A stretch of 62,860 bases of DNA, the filler included, from Basidiobolus ranarum (Eukaryota), in assembly GCA_040143965.1 (NCBI GenBank). It is 53 parts of 53 records of this genome, joined end to end, with 100 filler letters (N's around TTAATTAATTAA, not from the genome) between each part and the next. Parts side by side here need not be neighbours in the genome. Positions count along the whole stretch, not along the records: positions 1 to 1,093 come from JASJQH010013347.1; positions 1,194 to 2,286 come from JASJQH010013348.1; positions 2,387 to 3,479 come from JASJQH010013349.1; positions 3,580 to 4,672 come from JASJQH010013350.1; positions 4,773 to 5,864 come from JASJQH010013351.1; positions 5,965 to 7,056 come from JASJQH010013352.1; positions 7,157 to 8,248 come from JASJQH010013353.1; positions 8,349 to 9,440 come from JASJQH010013354.1; 45 more parts are not named here. One strand, 5' to 3'. Below, piece after piece: positions 1 to 10,019 of the stretch (its first letter is position 1; the number at the start of each line of letters is the position of its first letter). The notes under the pieces are model-generated. The model made no database searches. It worked only from the letters and a program-made list of their open reading frames with translations, and was not told the origin of the DNA. A program made the position numbers and the translations under genes.

Positions 1-210
1 ACAAAGTGTAGAGAGTGCTTTCCTCTGCTTCTTGTGAAAGGCAAGGATAGCTTCTGGTGGTCCCTTTGGCTCTATTTCTTCTCCTGTAACAAATCCCCAA
101 AGGTCCTTGTCCTCAAGCACCATTTGCATCTTGAGCTTCCATAGGCAAAAGTCTTCACCATCAAACTTCTCTGTGGATGCAAAAACATTAGTAGTAGTAC
201 TGGTAGACAT
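1..210 (-). mobile_element. Ty1/Copia gag N-terminus (family A)
   Basis: Minus strand reads MSTSTTTNVFASTEKFDGEDFCLWKLKMQMVLEDKDLWGFVTGEE, a typical Copia gag start, just downstream of the PBS and LTR. Confidence 0.9.
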
Positions 211-229
211 TCCTTTAACAGCTAGCATG

Positions 230-241
230 GGGCTCATAACC
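230..241 (-). promoter_or_regulatory. Copia primer-binding site (tRNA-iMet anticodon-arm type)
   Basis: GGTTATGAGCCC directly after the LTR end; the same motif occurs at 22531-22537 and 50040-50051. Confidence 0.85.
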
Positions 242-592
242 TGATAAAAGTGTTTAGGGGATATGGAAGTGTTTTGGACAAGATTTGGATTTGTGAATTA
301 GACACTTAACTTTTATTGACTTGAATATGTCCTATTTATAGTTTACTATGAATTAGGACTATTGGAAGTGTTTAGATCATAACAGACATGCCTGTTAAGC
401 ATGGGTGAAAATTTGAGGTGATTTGGTGAAGTTTTGAGAAATGGTGAAAATTGGTAAAAGTGATCTAATTGATATTTCGATCAATTAGAGCAATGAACTC
501 GCATTTTTGAATGACAGAATTGAGTGCTAAATAATCAGAATATGAATAAACTAACTACTAAATAATGAGTTGCTATTTACCTAATTTGAACA
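242..592 (-). repeat. Copia LTR family A, 5' LTR (351 bp)
   Basis: TGTT...TATCA termini; matches copies at 12607-12957, 25018-25251, 33339-33646, 36505-36801, 48497-48658 and 58018-58128. Confidence 0.9.
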
Positions 593-679
593 CACCCTCT
601 GGCATTATCAATTTCAATCACTTTTACTCCAATACAATGATCAAAGATTTGATAAGTCCTGGCACAATGGAACAAGTCT
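593..679 (+). mobile_element. Right half of the 182-bp Harbinger-like MITE, interrupted by the Copia LTR
   Basis: Matches the right half of 44217-44398 and ends in GGAACAAGTCT. Confidence 0.8.
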
Positions 680-987
680 AACAATGAAACATTAATCAAT
701 TTACCAGATGTGTTTCTTTCTGGCCATAGCACAAGTGAAGAGATTGCAATCCCCCAATTACTAGGTAAATGAATAGTTGAGTAAAGTTCAACCAAAACAC
801 CATCCAGACTATCTACTTCCAAAATGGCTACTTTGCCTACTATTGAACAACCCTCTGTAGAAAATTTGGATAGAATTATAACAACAAGGGAATTGCAGGC
901 AGAACACCATAATGCTTTATATGCAATTAAAAGTAAACACTACAAAGTTGCTATACAGGCCATGACAGGCAACAATGCCACAATATT
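680..987 (+). mobile_element. EnSpm/CACTA element ORF2 fragment
   Basis: MATLPTIEQPSVENLDRIITTRELQAEHH, shared with copies at about 2935, 29890 and 41085. Confidence 0.75.
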
Positions 988-1093
988 AGACTTGTTCCAT
1001 TTTATTGAGCCAGATCAGGCCAGCTAAAAAGTGTGCCAGCACAAATTGGCATGATTGGGCACTATCCGGCACGATGTTATTTACCATTTTGGA
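988..1093 (+). mobile_element. End of another Harbinger-like element with the same TIR
   Basis: Starts AGACTTGTTCCAT right after ATT, exactly where homology to the EnSpm ORF2 stops (empty site at about 3090-3100). Confidence 0.6.
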
Positions 1094-1193
1094 NNNNNNN
1101 NNNNNNNNNNNNNNNNNNNNNNNNNNNNNNNNNNNNNTTAATTAATTAANNNNNNNNNNNNNNNNNNNNNNNNNNNNNNNNNNNNNNNNNNNN
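1094..1193. other. Artificial contig linker (first of 52 identical linkers, one about every 1.19 kb)
   Basis: 44 N + TTAATTAATTAA (stops in all six frames) + 44 N; contig lengths fall monotonically from 1093 to 1083 bp; ORFs ending in XXX..LIN are linker read-through. Confidence 0.99.
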
Positions 1194-2286
1194 CCAAACT
1201 TGGACTTTGGTTAAGTTACCTGATGACCAACAATCAATTGGATGCAAATGGGTGTTTAAAGTTAAACAGCAAGTTGATGGATCTGTAGAGAGATATAAAG
1301 CCAGACTTGTGACTTGAGGATACTCTCAAATGCAAGAGTGGAATACAATGAAACATTTGCTCCTGTAGCAAAGTTTAATTCTGTCAGAACTGTACTACCA
1401 GTAGCAGCAAAACCAAGCTTAAAAATCCATCAAATGGATGTTAAAACTGCTTTATTGAATGGGGACTTGGAAGAGGATATATTCATGGATCTACTAGATG
1501 GTTTTGTGGATCCTGAGCACCCTGAGGACATGTGGAAGCTTTAAAAAATCACTTTATGGACTTAAACAATCACCCAGGGCTTGGCACACTAAGATAGTGA
1601 CATACTCGGAATCTCTAGATTTCCAAAAGAGTAAGGTGGATTTTGGGATCTACTTTAAGACAGATAAGGACAGTAAGGTGATACTTGCCTTATATGTAGA
1701 TGATGTGATATGGCTACCAATAATGATGAAGCTCTCAGGAGCACCAAAAGAGATCTATCTGTCCAATTCACAATGACCAATTCAGGTGAACTTGTGTATT
1801 TTTTAGGTCTGCAGATCCATACAGATATATTGAGCAAATCTATTACTTTGAATCAATCTAAATACATATCAGACATTCTCAGATGTTACAAGATGGATAA
1901 TTGCATGCCAGTTACAACTCCCATGCATCCAGGTGTGAAACTAGTCAAAATTCCCATCAGAAATGATGAAAATCGGCCAAATAAGGCGCAAAATATGTCA
2001 TTTGAGAGCCCTGAGTTCCCTTATCAATCTATAGTAGGTAGAGTGATCTATGCTTTGACTGGAACCTGGCCAGATTTCTCCTTTGCAGTGGGAGTAGTCA
2101 GCCAACATGTGCAAAACCCAGGATCTGAGCATTATAAAGCAGTTAAGTGGATTTTCAGATATTTGAAGCATTCAATTGATCTGGGATTAAGATGCACATA
2201 TTCTTATGAGAATAAGGATCTAATTGGGCTTAGTGATGCAGATTGGGGATGTGATATTGGGGACAGAAGATCTATCACTGGATATA
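1194..2286 (+). mobile_element. Ty1/Copia reverse transcriptase to RNase H start, frameshifted
   Basis: KWVFK, HQMDVKTA, LYGLKQSPRAW, LYVDD and SDADW motifs spread over three frames. Confidence 0.95.
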
Positions 2287-2386
2287 NNNNNNNNNNNNNN
2301 NNNNNNNNNNNNNNNNNNNNNNNNNNNNNNTTAATTAATTAANNNNNNNNNNNNNNNNNNNNNNNNNNNNNNNNNNNNNNNNNNNN

Positions 2387-3479
2387 CTTTAAACGTTTGT
2401 GTTGCGGCATGAGAAGGATATTGTAGAAAAAAGAACACCTCCCACGTAAGGGTGGTATTTTAGGTATAGTCCATCAATATCATCAGCTGATTCTGAGACA
2501 GTGTCACAGGTGAGTCCTCAGGGAATTTACAAGATATTTGCGGTAATGGATTGTAATTTTGGTTTATTATAAACTGTTTCTAAGCAATTTCATTACACCA
2601 AGTTTACCATCTGAAAATTTCAATGCCATTCAAAAAATATTCAAAGTCTAAGTCAAAATTGGCTTCCAAGCCAAAGCCTGCTGGCATGAAAGGAAAAGAA
2701 CCAGCAAGTACAGAGGACTTAATTGATGAGCAGTCTAGCAATCCACAATCCACTTTGGAAGGTATTAACATGCTGGAAACTAACTCAAGTAATGATGAAG
2801 CATAAATCAATTCACCAGATGTGTTCTTTTCCAGTGATAGTGAAAGTGAAGAGATTGTAATCCTCTAATTACATAGTAAATCAATAGTAGAGCAAAGTTC
2901 AACCAAAACACCATCAAGACCATCTACTTCCAAAATGGCTACTTTGCCAATTATTGAACAACTCTCTGTAGAAAATTTGGATTGAATTATTACAACAAGG
3001 GAATTGCAGGCAGAACACCATAATGATTTGTATGCAATCATAAATAAAAACTATGAAGTTGCTATACAGGCCATGGCAAGCAATAATGCCACAATATTGT
3101 AATTAATACAGCATTCCAAAGCGACTAGTCAACAGTAAGAGAGTCACTCAACAATGATACAAGACCTTCATAATGCTGTTCTTGAACTACAGCAACATGC
3201 TGCTGCCTCCGTCCATTCTCATACGGGATTTCAGTCAATCCCACACCATACATATGACATCACCATGACAATCTAGCAGAATAGAATATGTGTCAGACCA
3301 TTAAGCCTATACAACAACCCAAAATTGCTTGGGCACATGAAAATAGAAATCTCATAGGAAAACCGGCTTACCAAAAGACTCTGAATGTCAGAGCTGCCGT
3401 CACTTGCTCTGATGATGAGTGGTTTAACATTTTGGAAACTGTGCGGAATCTTGCCCAAAATCACCTGGATTTGAGTCAA
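2387..3479 (+). mobile_element. EnSpm/CACTA element: divergent promoter and ORF2 (from 2623), degenerate
   Basis: MPFKKYSKSKSK..EDLIDEQSS..KIAWAHENRNLIGKP..WFNILETVRN with in-frame stops; putative transposase ATG on the minus strand at 2410. Confidence 0.75.
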
Positions 3480-3663
3480 NNNNNNNNNNNNNNNNNNNNN
3501 NNNNNNNNNNNNNNNNNNNNNNNTTAATTAATTAANNNNNNNNNNNNNNNNNNNNNNNNNNNNNNNNNNNNNNNNNNNNAATTAGCCTATGTACAGTAAT
3601 GGATCTTAGGACCTCAGATATTTCTAAATGTGAAAGCGGTATTCAAGAGAAAATCATCTGAAA

Positions 3664-4041
3664 TATAGGGAGAATATGGGCTGTTTGGAGGAACTTTAGG
3701 AAAGTGGAGTTGTGAATAGCTTTGTGAGATATATATTTATTCTCCAGAAAAAAAGCATTTATACATTTTGGTGGAAATACAGAAAACTAACACTGGGATT
3801 TTGTTCAGAACATCGGTGGGAGTAAAATGAGCTCTCTTTGGGGCAATTTGGACAAGTTTGAAATTTCCAATATGGAATTTTTAATTCTCACATTATTCAC
3901 ATATATATATAATATATGTTTCAATTTGCAATTAAGTGATATTTGACTAAGTAATGCTAACTAACTTATATGTAATATATGAAATAGTTAGGTGTATAGG
4001 CATAGAGATAACAAATATGATAAAGATAATAAACTTCAACA
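3664..4041 (-). repeat. Copia LTR family B, 3' LTR (about 378 bp)
   Basis: Begins TGTTGAAG after the PPT TAGTTGAGTGGGAG, which follows the RNase H stop; matches 22168-22530, 32788-33163 and 62229-62606. Confidence 0.9.
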
Positions 4042-4070
4042 CTCCCACTCAACTAAATATTCATATATCT

Positions 4071-4672
4071 TCATCCTAACTTATATCTTAATTCTTCAAA
4101 TTTTGGTGTGGGTAATGGTTTGGTAAGGATGTCAGAAATGATGTCCTCAGTTGGACAGTACTCTAGTTGGACATTCTTATTCACAATAACTTCCCTGACA
4201 AAGTGATGTTGAATGTCCATGTGCTTAATTCTAGCATGAAATTTAGGATTTTTGGCTAAAGAAATACAACTTTGATTATCCTTGAAAATTATGATGGGTG
4301 AACTTTGAAAAATGCCCAAGTCTTTGAACAGTTTCCTTAGCAACATAGCCTCCTTTGTTGTATGTCATGCTGCCATGTTCTCTGCTTCAGTTGTTGTAAG
4401 TGCTACAGTGGGTTGTTTCTTGCTATTACTAGATATGGCTCCTTCACTACAGAGAAAGGTATATGCAGTGATAGATCTTTTGTCTTCAATATCACATCCC
4501 CAATCTGCATAACTAAACCCAATTAGATTCTTATTCTCATAAGAATATGTATATTGTAATCCCAGTTCAATTGTCCCCTTCAAATATCTGAAAATTATCT
4601 TAACTGCTGCATAATGTTCAGATCCTGGGGTTTGCACATCTTAGCTGACTACTCCCACTGCAAAAGAGATAT
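4071..4672 (-). mobile_element. Ty1/Copia RT C-terminus and RNase H, frameshifted
   Basis: [44 protein letters not shown]. Confidence 0.95.
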
Positions 4673-5966
4673 NNNNNNNNNNNNNNNNNNNNNNNNNNNN
4701 NNNNNNNNNNNNNNNNTTAATTAATTAANNNNNNNNNNNNNNNNNNNNNNNNNNNNNNNNNNNNNNNNNNNNATTAGCAATTAGGTTTTGTTGCATATTG
4801 GCACTTGTGCCCCATAGCTATTTGTAATTTGGTGAAATGTTAGATTTATTGCATAAATTATTCAATATTAAGACTTTATTTTGCCAATAGAATACAACTA
4901 ATAGAAGGATCTAAAAAGGGTAACAAATTGAATTGTAAACAGCAAGAACAGTACTGTCACAAAGTTAGCAAACTGCCATAATTAAGCTTGAAATATTCAC
5001 AGCTTTTGAAACAATCTGAATTACTTTGATTAGACTAACATTGGGCACTTTTCACAAAATAATGAAGCAATTAATTTGAGGAATGGTGATTTTGCTATTA
5101 GAGTTGTTGAGATCTTGCCAAAAAAGAGGCTCAAGTATACAATGAAGTTCAATCATATAATTTTCCCAATTGATTCAAAACTCCAAAGTCCCAGCTAAGG
5201 TAGTACCAGTTTTTTCAATTGTCACATATTCTCAGCCCTTGCTAAAAAATTAGATAAGTTTAATTGCTAGGTTCTAATTATGCTCTCATATAGACTTTTA
5301 CTTGGTTAATTTGCTTCTCTCTCTCTGTCCCTCCCAATTGTTCTCATTGCTTAACAAATGTTATTCATTAACATTTTCACTTCTTCAACACTTCTTTTTT
5401 TTTCACATCAAGTGATGCTTTTTAGCTGAATTAAAAAACAACAATTTCTATTAAGATCCTTAGTACTATTATATTATAATGTTTCTGTTTGAAATTACTT
5501 CTGTTCTACCTCAAGAGTATCATATTATTGCATCAAGGTCTTGACACTTAAACGTTGAGATTTAGTTCTTTGCTTCATTCAGTTTGCTGACTGACTTCAT
5601 CCACTGACACTTGTTTCTGTCAACAGTTTTCATGGATTAACACTTCTTATTTATTAGCACTCTTTATATATTAACAACTTTGTTATTTGAAACTTTTTAT
5701 CTTTGATTGTTTTGTTCTATTATCAATATTCATGTACTGATAAGTTTGATGTGATGACACTTAATTCATTAACATAGTTTAACCTTCAACAACTTGTTTC
5801 TACTAATGATTTGAGTCTATTGAAACTGCTTACCTATTCACCCTTTTGATCCATTAGCACTTTCNNNNNNNNNNNNNNNNNNNNNNNNNNNNNNNNNNNN
5901 NNNNNNNNTTAATTAATTAANNNNNNNNNNNNNNNNNNNNNNNNNNNNNNNNNNNNNNNNNNNNCT

Positions 5967-6518
5967 ACCTTATACAACAGCGAAATTGTCACCAAATCTG
6001 TTTTAAATCATATCCTAAAAAAATTAACTTCCAAACAAGGCGTAGAGTTTGTTTCTAACCTCCAAAAAATCTGCATTAGATATTTACATTGGAAAGGTTT
6101 GTCCACAATATCAAAAGAATGCCATTCTCCAGCTACGGGCCTCAAAAGTATGGTATCCTCAGGAGCCAAAGGAAACAACTTGAACCTCACCCAAATTAGC
6201 CAACAACTAGGACAACAATACATGTACGGTGAACCTGTTAAATGCCAACTCCCCTACAAATATTTCAACGACCTTGACAACCAATTACAAAATGGATACA
6301 TAAATTCTTCTTACGTCAAAGGATTAAATCCATACGAGTTTTTTGTTCACCAAATGGCAGCCAGAGAAGGAATTGTTAATACTGGTGTTAGTACCGCATC
6401 TACAGGATATCTCAACCGAAGAGCTTGCAAACTTATGGGAGACGTAAAAGTTATGTACAACAACACTATTGGCACAGATAATTGCACCATTAGAATTTTG
6501 AATGATGACTTTTTGTAA
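5967..6518 (+). CDS. Virus-like DNA-directed RNA polymerase largest subunit (RPB1/beta-prime-like), C-terminal part; 5' end cut by the contig edge
   Basis: Frame is open from the contig edge: ..LQKICIRYLHWKGLST..MVSSGAKGNNLNLTQISQQLGQQ..GYINSSYVKGLNPYEFFVHQMAAREGIVNTGVSTASTGYLNRR..KVMYNNT, matching the RPB1 F region and bridge helix; no introns; too divergent for cellular Pol I, II or III. Confidence 0.9.
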   Translation, partial: TLYNSEIVTKSVLNHILKKLTSKQGVEFVSNLQKICIRYLHWKGLSTISKECHSPATGLKSMVSSGAKGNNLNLTQISQQLGQQYMYGEPVKCQLPYKYFNDLDNQLQNGYINSSYVKGLNPYEFFVHQMAAREGIVNTGVSTASTGYLNRRACKLMGDVKVMYNNTIGTDNCTIRILNDDFL

Positions 6519-6653
6519 ACTTATTTATTTTTTTAAAACCCATACGTGTCATAAAAAATATTTTAACAACGTCGATTCCTAAAACAAACATAATATTTTT
6601 TTCAAACGAAGATACTCTTGCACGAAAAATTTGTCTACACAAAAAATACAAAC

Positions 6654-7056
6654 ATGAGAGATCCCTACGAAGTATTAGATAGTATGTTAGTATGCAGAGG
6701 ATATAAAAAAGATCCGTCTACATTAATGTACGTTAAGGATAACAAGTCTTTACCAATTTATCATGATATTAACCAAGACCCGTTGGATGTTCTCCAATTT
6801 ATAAAAGACTGTACCGATCCAGACTTTATTTTACTTATCTTGAGTATACCCATGACAAAAAAAAACATAGATAAGTTTAATTCGAACTTAGATTTAAAAT
6901 ATTATGACAAAGTATTTTTCATGGATGAGATTTTAGACGATCCTACAACTAATCCACTGGTTCCTGTACACAGGCTAGCTACCAAAGAAGAATTGGACTA
7001 TTTACAACAAAAGCACATACTTACGAGTACATTGCCAAAATTATTAACCACTGATA
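6654..7056 (+). CDS. RPB5-like RNA polymerase subunit, 3' truncated
   Basis: N-terminal MLVCRGY (compare RPB5 MxxDRGY) and C-terminal NPLVPVHRLATKEELDYLQQKHILTSTLPKLLTTD (compare HELVPKH..LPRIQ.xD); ATG at 6654 preferred over TTG at 6618. Confidence 0.8.
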
Positions 7057-7156
7057 NNNNNNNNNNNNNNNNNNNNNNNNNNNNNNNNNNNNNNNNNNNN
7101 TTAATTAATTAANNNNNNNNNNNNNNNNNNNNNNNNNNNNNNNNNNNNNNNNNNNN

Positions 7157-8131
7157 CGAAGAAGATGATGGTTTTGTTACAGACTCTTTGTTATAGGCAA
7201 GCATCAGTCCACTCATAGCACTTATGGTAATGGAAGCAGCCATGATTATTGTGAAGTGGAGAGGTCAATCCATTCCTAGCAACCAGGTGTTTGTAGGTTT
7301 TCTTACACTTTTACCACAATTGATTGGCAACAGTTGCATGCCTAAGACTTGGTTAAAGTGGAAAATGCTTGTCAATCATATGACTCATAATCCTTCTGTA
7401 ACTGAACTACCTTTTTGTCCCAATGGTTGTTTGGCTCTCACCGGTAATTGGAAAAACTTGAAGTCATATTTGGTTTGCACACAATTGGCAATTGCTTAAT
7501 CATCTAAATATTGTTCATATTAGGCCTAAATACCATTGATTCACCATGGATGTCATTACCAGAATCTGAAAAGTCAAGGTTTCTTAGAAAACACATATGA
7601 TCATACATTTACATTGGCTCTGGATGGTTTCTCACTAAACAAATATACCATTGGAAAGGCTTGCTGGCCAACAATTTTAACAAACTTAAATCTTCCCCCT
7701 TCTATATGGTAAAAGAGTGATAATACTTTGATACTATCCATGTTGATAGGACCTAAGTCACCAGTGCTGATAAAATCTTTCTCCTTCTGAACAGTATAAG
7801 AGTCATAATATTTTGATACTATCCAACATATCAGGACCTAAATCACCAGTGCTTATATATAGCTTCTTGGAGCCTTAGATTCTGGAATTTGAATACTTAT
7901 CTAATGGGGTTCAGATTGATGAATATTTTACTAAGCTAGTTTCCTTAATGTATTGGTGACACTCCTGCCATCAGTAAGCTTGGAGGTTTTTGTAGGCACA
8001 ATGCACTATCTTGCTGTAGATTTTGTCTAATCAGTGGAGTTGACTCTGTCAGGCATATGCATTACTACTATCCAAATACAACACTAAACTCCAAATTTTT
8101 ATCATCATGAGCCTGTCAAATTTCAGCATAC
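7157..8131 (+). mobile_element. EnSpm/CACTA (Tnp2-family) transposase, degenerate
   Basis: CPNGC, LALDGF, WPTILTNLNLPP, GPKSP, SFLEP, GDTPAISKLGGF.GHN..CCRFC; internal duplication of about 60-70 bp near 7715-7855. Confidence 0.85.
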
Positions 8132-8248
8132 TGTCAGAATAAGGAACTGGACAAGGACTGGGAACAACAACAAGAGGCTAGAAGGCAGGAGAGTACTTGG
8201 GTGTAGACCACAAGACAAGACAAGACAAGGAAGATACTTTGGCAAGAA
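8132..8248 (-). repeat. Gypsy LTR family E (3' end)
   Basis: Reverse complement of the end of 41790-42334. Confidence 0.85.
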
Positions 8249-8442
8249 NNNNNNNNNNNNNNNNNNNNNNNNNNNNNNNNNNNNNNNNNNNNTTAATTAA
8301 TTAANNNNNNNNNNNNNNNNNNNNNNNNNNNNNNNNNNNNNNNNNNNNCACACACACACACCCTGGTCACACCAACTCATTAGCCGATTTACCCCAAATC
8401 AAACCCTAGATAATATTGGAATATATTAGTAGCAAAAAGCAT

Positions 8443-8515
8443 TGGAGCTGCAGGGTATCGATCCCTGTGCCTCTCGCATGCAAAGCGAGCGCTCTACCAT
8501 CTGAGCTACAACCCC
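8443..8515 (-). tRNA. tRNA-Ala (anticodon UGC)
   Basis: 73-nt cloverleaf GGGGTTGTAGCTCAGATGGTAGAGCGCTCGCTTTGCATGCGAGAGGCACAGGGATCGATACCCTGCAGCTCCA; G3:U70 pair; T5 Pol III terminator downstream. Confidence 0.97.
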
Positions 8516-8992
8516 ATTTTATACATTCTGAAAAGTAGTTGTTGAGTTTAATAATGAGTTACGTTGCCCGTTTGGCAGGCTTTTACACCTATCCCGTTTT
8601 TCTTCGCCATAACTACCGTGCTGATTGATTTTTAGTAAAAATAGTTTGAATTAGTAATTTACGTATATACTCTTGTTTCAATGATTCCATGATTGGATAG
8701 GTGCTTATACCTGTATCCCAGCCATCCCCAACCCAGAGAAAAAGTTCCGATTCTCATCTTAGTGCTTAACTGACGCACACATGCTCCAACGAAACCTTCC
8801 TCGAATTCGTAACTCTTTGCTTTAATCTAGCTCCCCAAACGTTCCATTCATATTTCGCAGTGACTGCTTTCTTCACAAGCCGATCAACCATCAAGAAACT
8901 TGGTTGCTCACGTATACCCTATATTATGTTATATCCATATACTACACTCGTAACAAGCAGTTTGCCTTCGCTCCTAAAAGGATTTTAAAAAG

Positions 8993-9065
8993 TGGAGATT
9001 CCGGGTATCGATCCCGGTGCCTATCGCATGCGAAGCGATCGCTCTACCATTTGAGCTAAACCCCC
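8993..9065 (-). tRNA. tRNA-Ala (anticodon CGC)
   Basis: 73-nt cloverleaf GGGGGTTTAGCTCAAATGGTAGAGCGATCGCTTCGCATGCGATAGGCACCGGGATCGATACCCGGAATCTCCA; G3:U70 pair; T5 terminator. Confidence 0.97.
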
Positions 9066-9125
9066 AAAGCTAGAATAGTTGGCAGTTGCAAATTACGAAT
9101 ACAAGTATTAATATTAAGAAATAAA

Positions 9126-9160
9126 TACTCCAATGCCAAGAATCGAACCAAGGACCTCTA
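9126..9160 (-). pseudogene. Possible tRNA relic (T-arm/B-box half only)
   Basis: GAGGTCCTTGGTTCGATTCTTGGCATTGGAG contains a B-box; no foldable D or anticodon arm. Confidence 0.35.
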
Positions 9161-9540
9161 AAACTCGCATAAATTGACCACTCTATCTGCCATATGGAAG
9201 TTGGTTTTGGTGAAATTGATGCTTTTTCCCTTTTGTTTTCCTAGTAACATCTAGTAATTGAGACACATTGCCCTCCATTTCATACTCCTATCATATCATG
9301 CAATCGCAATATTTTATTTCTCAATCAAATTCGGGTCAGTTTAAGCCTTCAAGAGCTGCTTCTGTGAATCACTTACTTTCTCAATAGATTGGTACTCAGT
9401 GCCAACTTGTTCCTCTTTAGCATGGGTAGGGATATAATAANNNNNNNNNNNNNNNNNNNNNNNNNNNNNNNNNNNNNNNNNNNNTTAATTAATTAANNNN
9501 NNNNNNNNNNNNNNNNNNNNNNNNNNNNNNNNNNNNNNNN

Positions 9541-9667
9541 AAAGATTCTTTCCAAAGTATCTTCCTTGTCCAGTCTTGTCTTGTCTTGTGGTCTACACCC
9601 AAGTACTCTCCTGCCTTCTAGCCTCTTGTCATTATTTCCAGTCTTTGTCCAGTTCCTTATTGTGACA
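9541..9667 (+). repeat. Gypsy LTR family E (3' end)
   Basis: Ends CCTTATTGTGACA and contains (GTCTT)n. Confidence 0.85.
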
Positions 9668-9890
9668 GCATCATTTTACCAAAGGTTCCCTCCCCTAGGA
9701 ACTCCTAGAATGTATAGCAAGGGCCTATGATTTCTAAGAATTGTGAAAGATGCAGCAGGGAATGTATTGAATACTGGCATAGATTCAGTCTATCTTCTTT
9801 AAACCTGTAATCAGATTTTTCATATCTAATTACAAAATCTTTGTATAGTTGCTGTATCTGCCAGAGATCTGCCAATGAGAGTTGGCAAGA
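9668..9890 (-). mobile_element. EnSpm transposase C-terminal fragment
   Basis: LADLWQIQQLYKDFVIRYE..SIHSLLHL..IIGPCYTF*EF; matches 31870-32050. Confidence 0.8.
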
Positions 9891-10019
9891 ATTTTGCCAC
9901 CCCATTTTGATGTAGCAAGATCCTGATATAGTAATTAGATTACTAAGCAGCAAATGAGTCATCAATCATATAATGTATTAGTTTGGGTATAAATACAGGA
10001 TCTTGTGTGATAATAATTG

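Noticed and set aside
1138-1149. TTAATTAATTAA recurring about every 1.19 kb, superficially like a CRISPR or regularly spaced repeat array
   Set aside because: Always centred in 88 N; it is an artificial six-frame-stop linker between size-sorted contigs.
4773-5864. CpG-depleted contig, probably an old repeat
   Set aside because: No ORF, terminus or match to another contig that I could identify, so no call was made.
6629-6634. ATTTGT 25 nt upstream of the RPB5-like ATG, resembling the yeast virus-like-element promoter ATNTGA
   Set aside because: Imperfect match in AT-rich DNA and only one instance.
5865-7156. Apparent linkage of the virus-like genes to the neighbouring transposase and repeats
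   Set aside because: The neighbours are separate contigs ordered by length, so adjacency carries no information.
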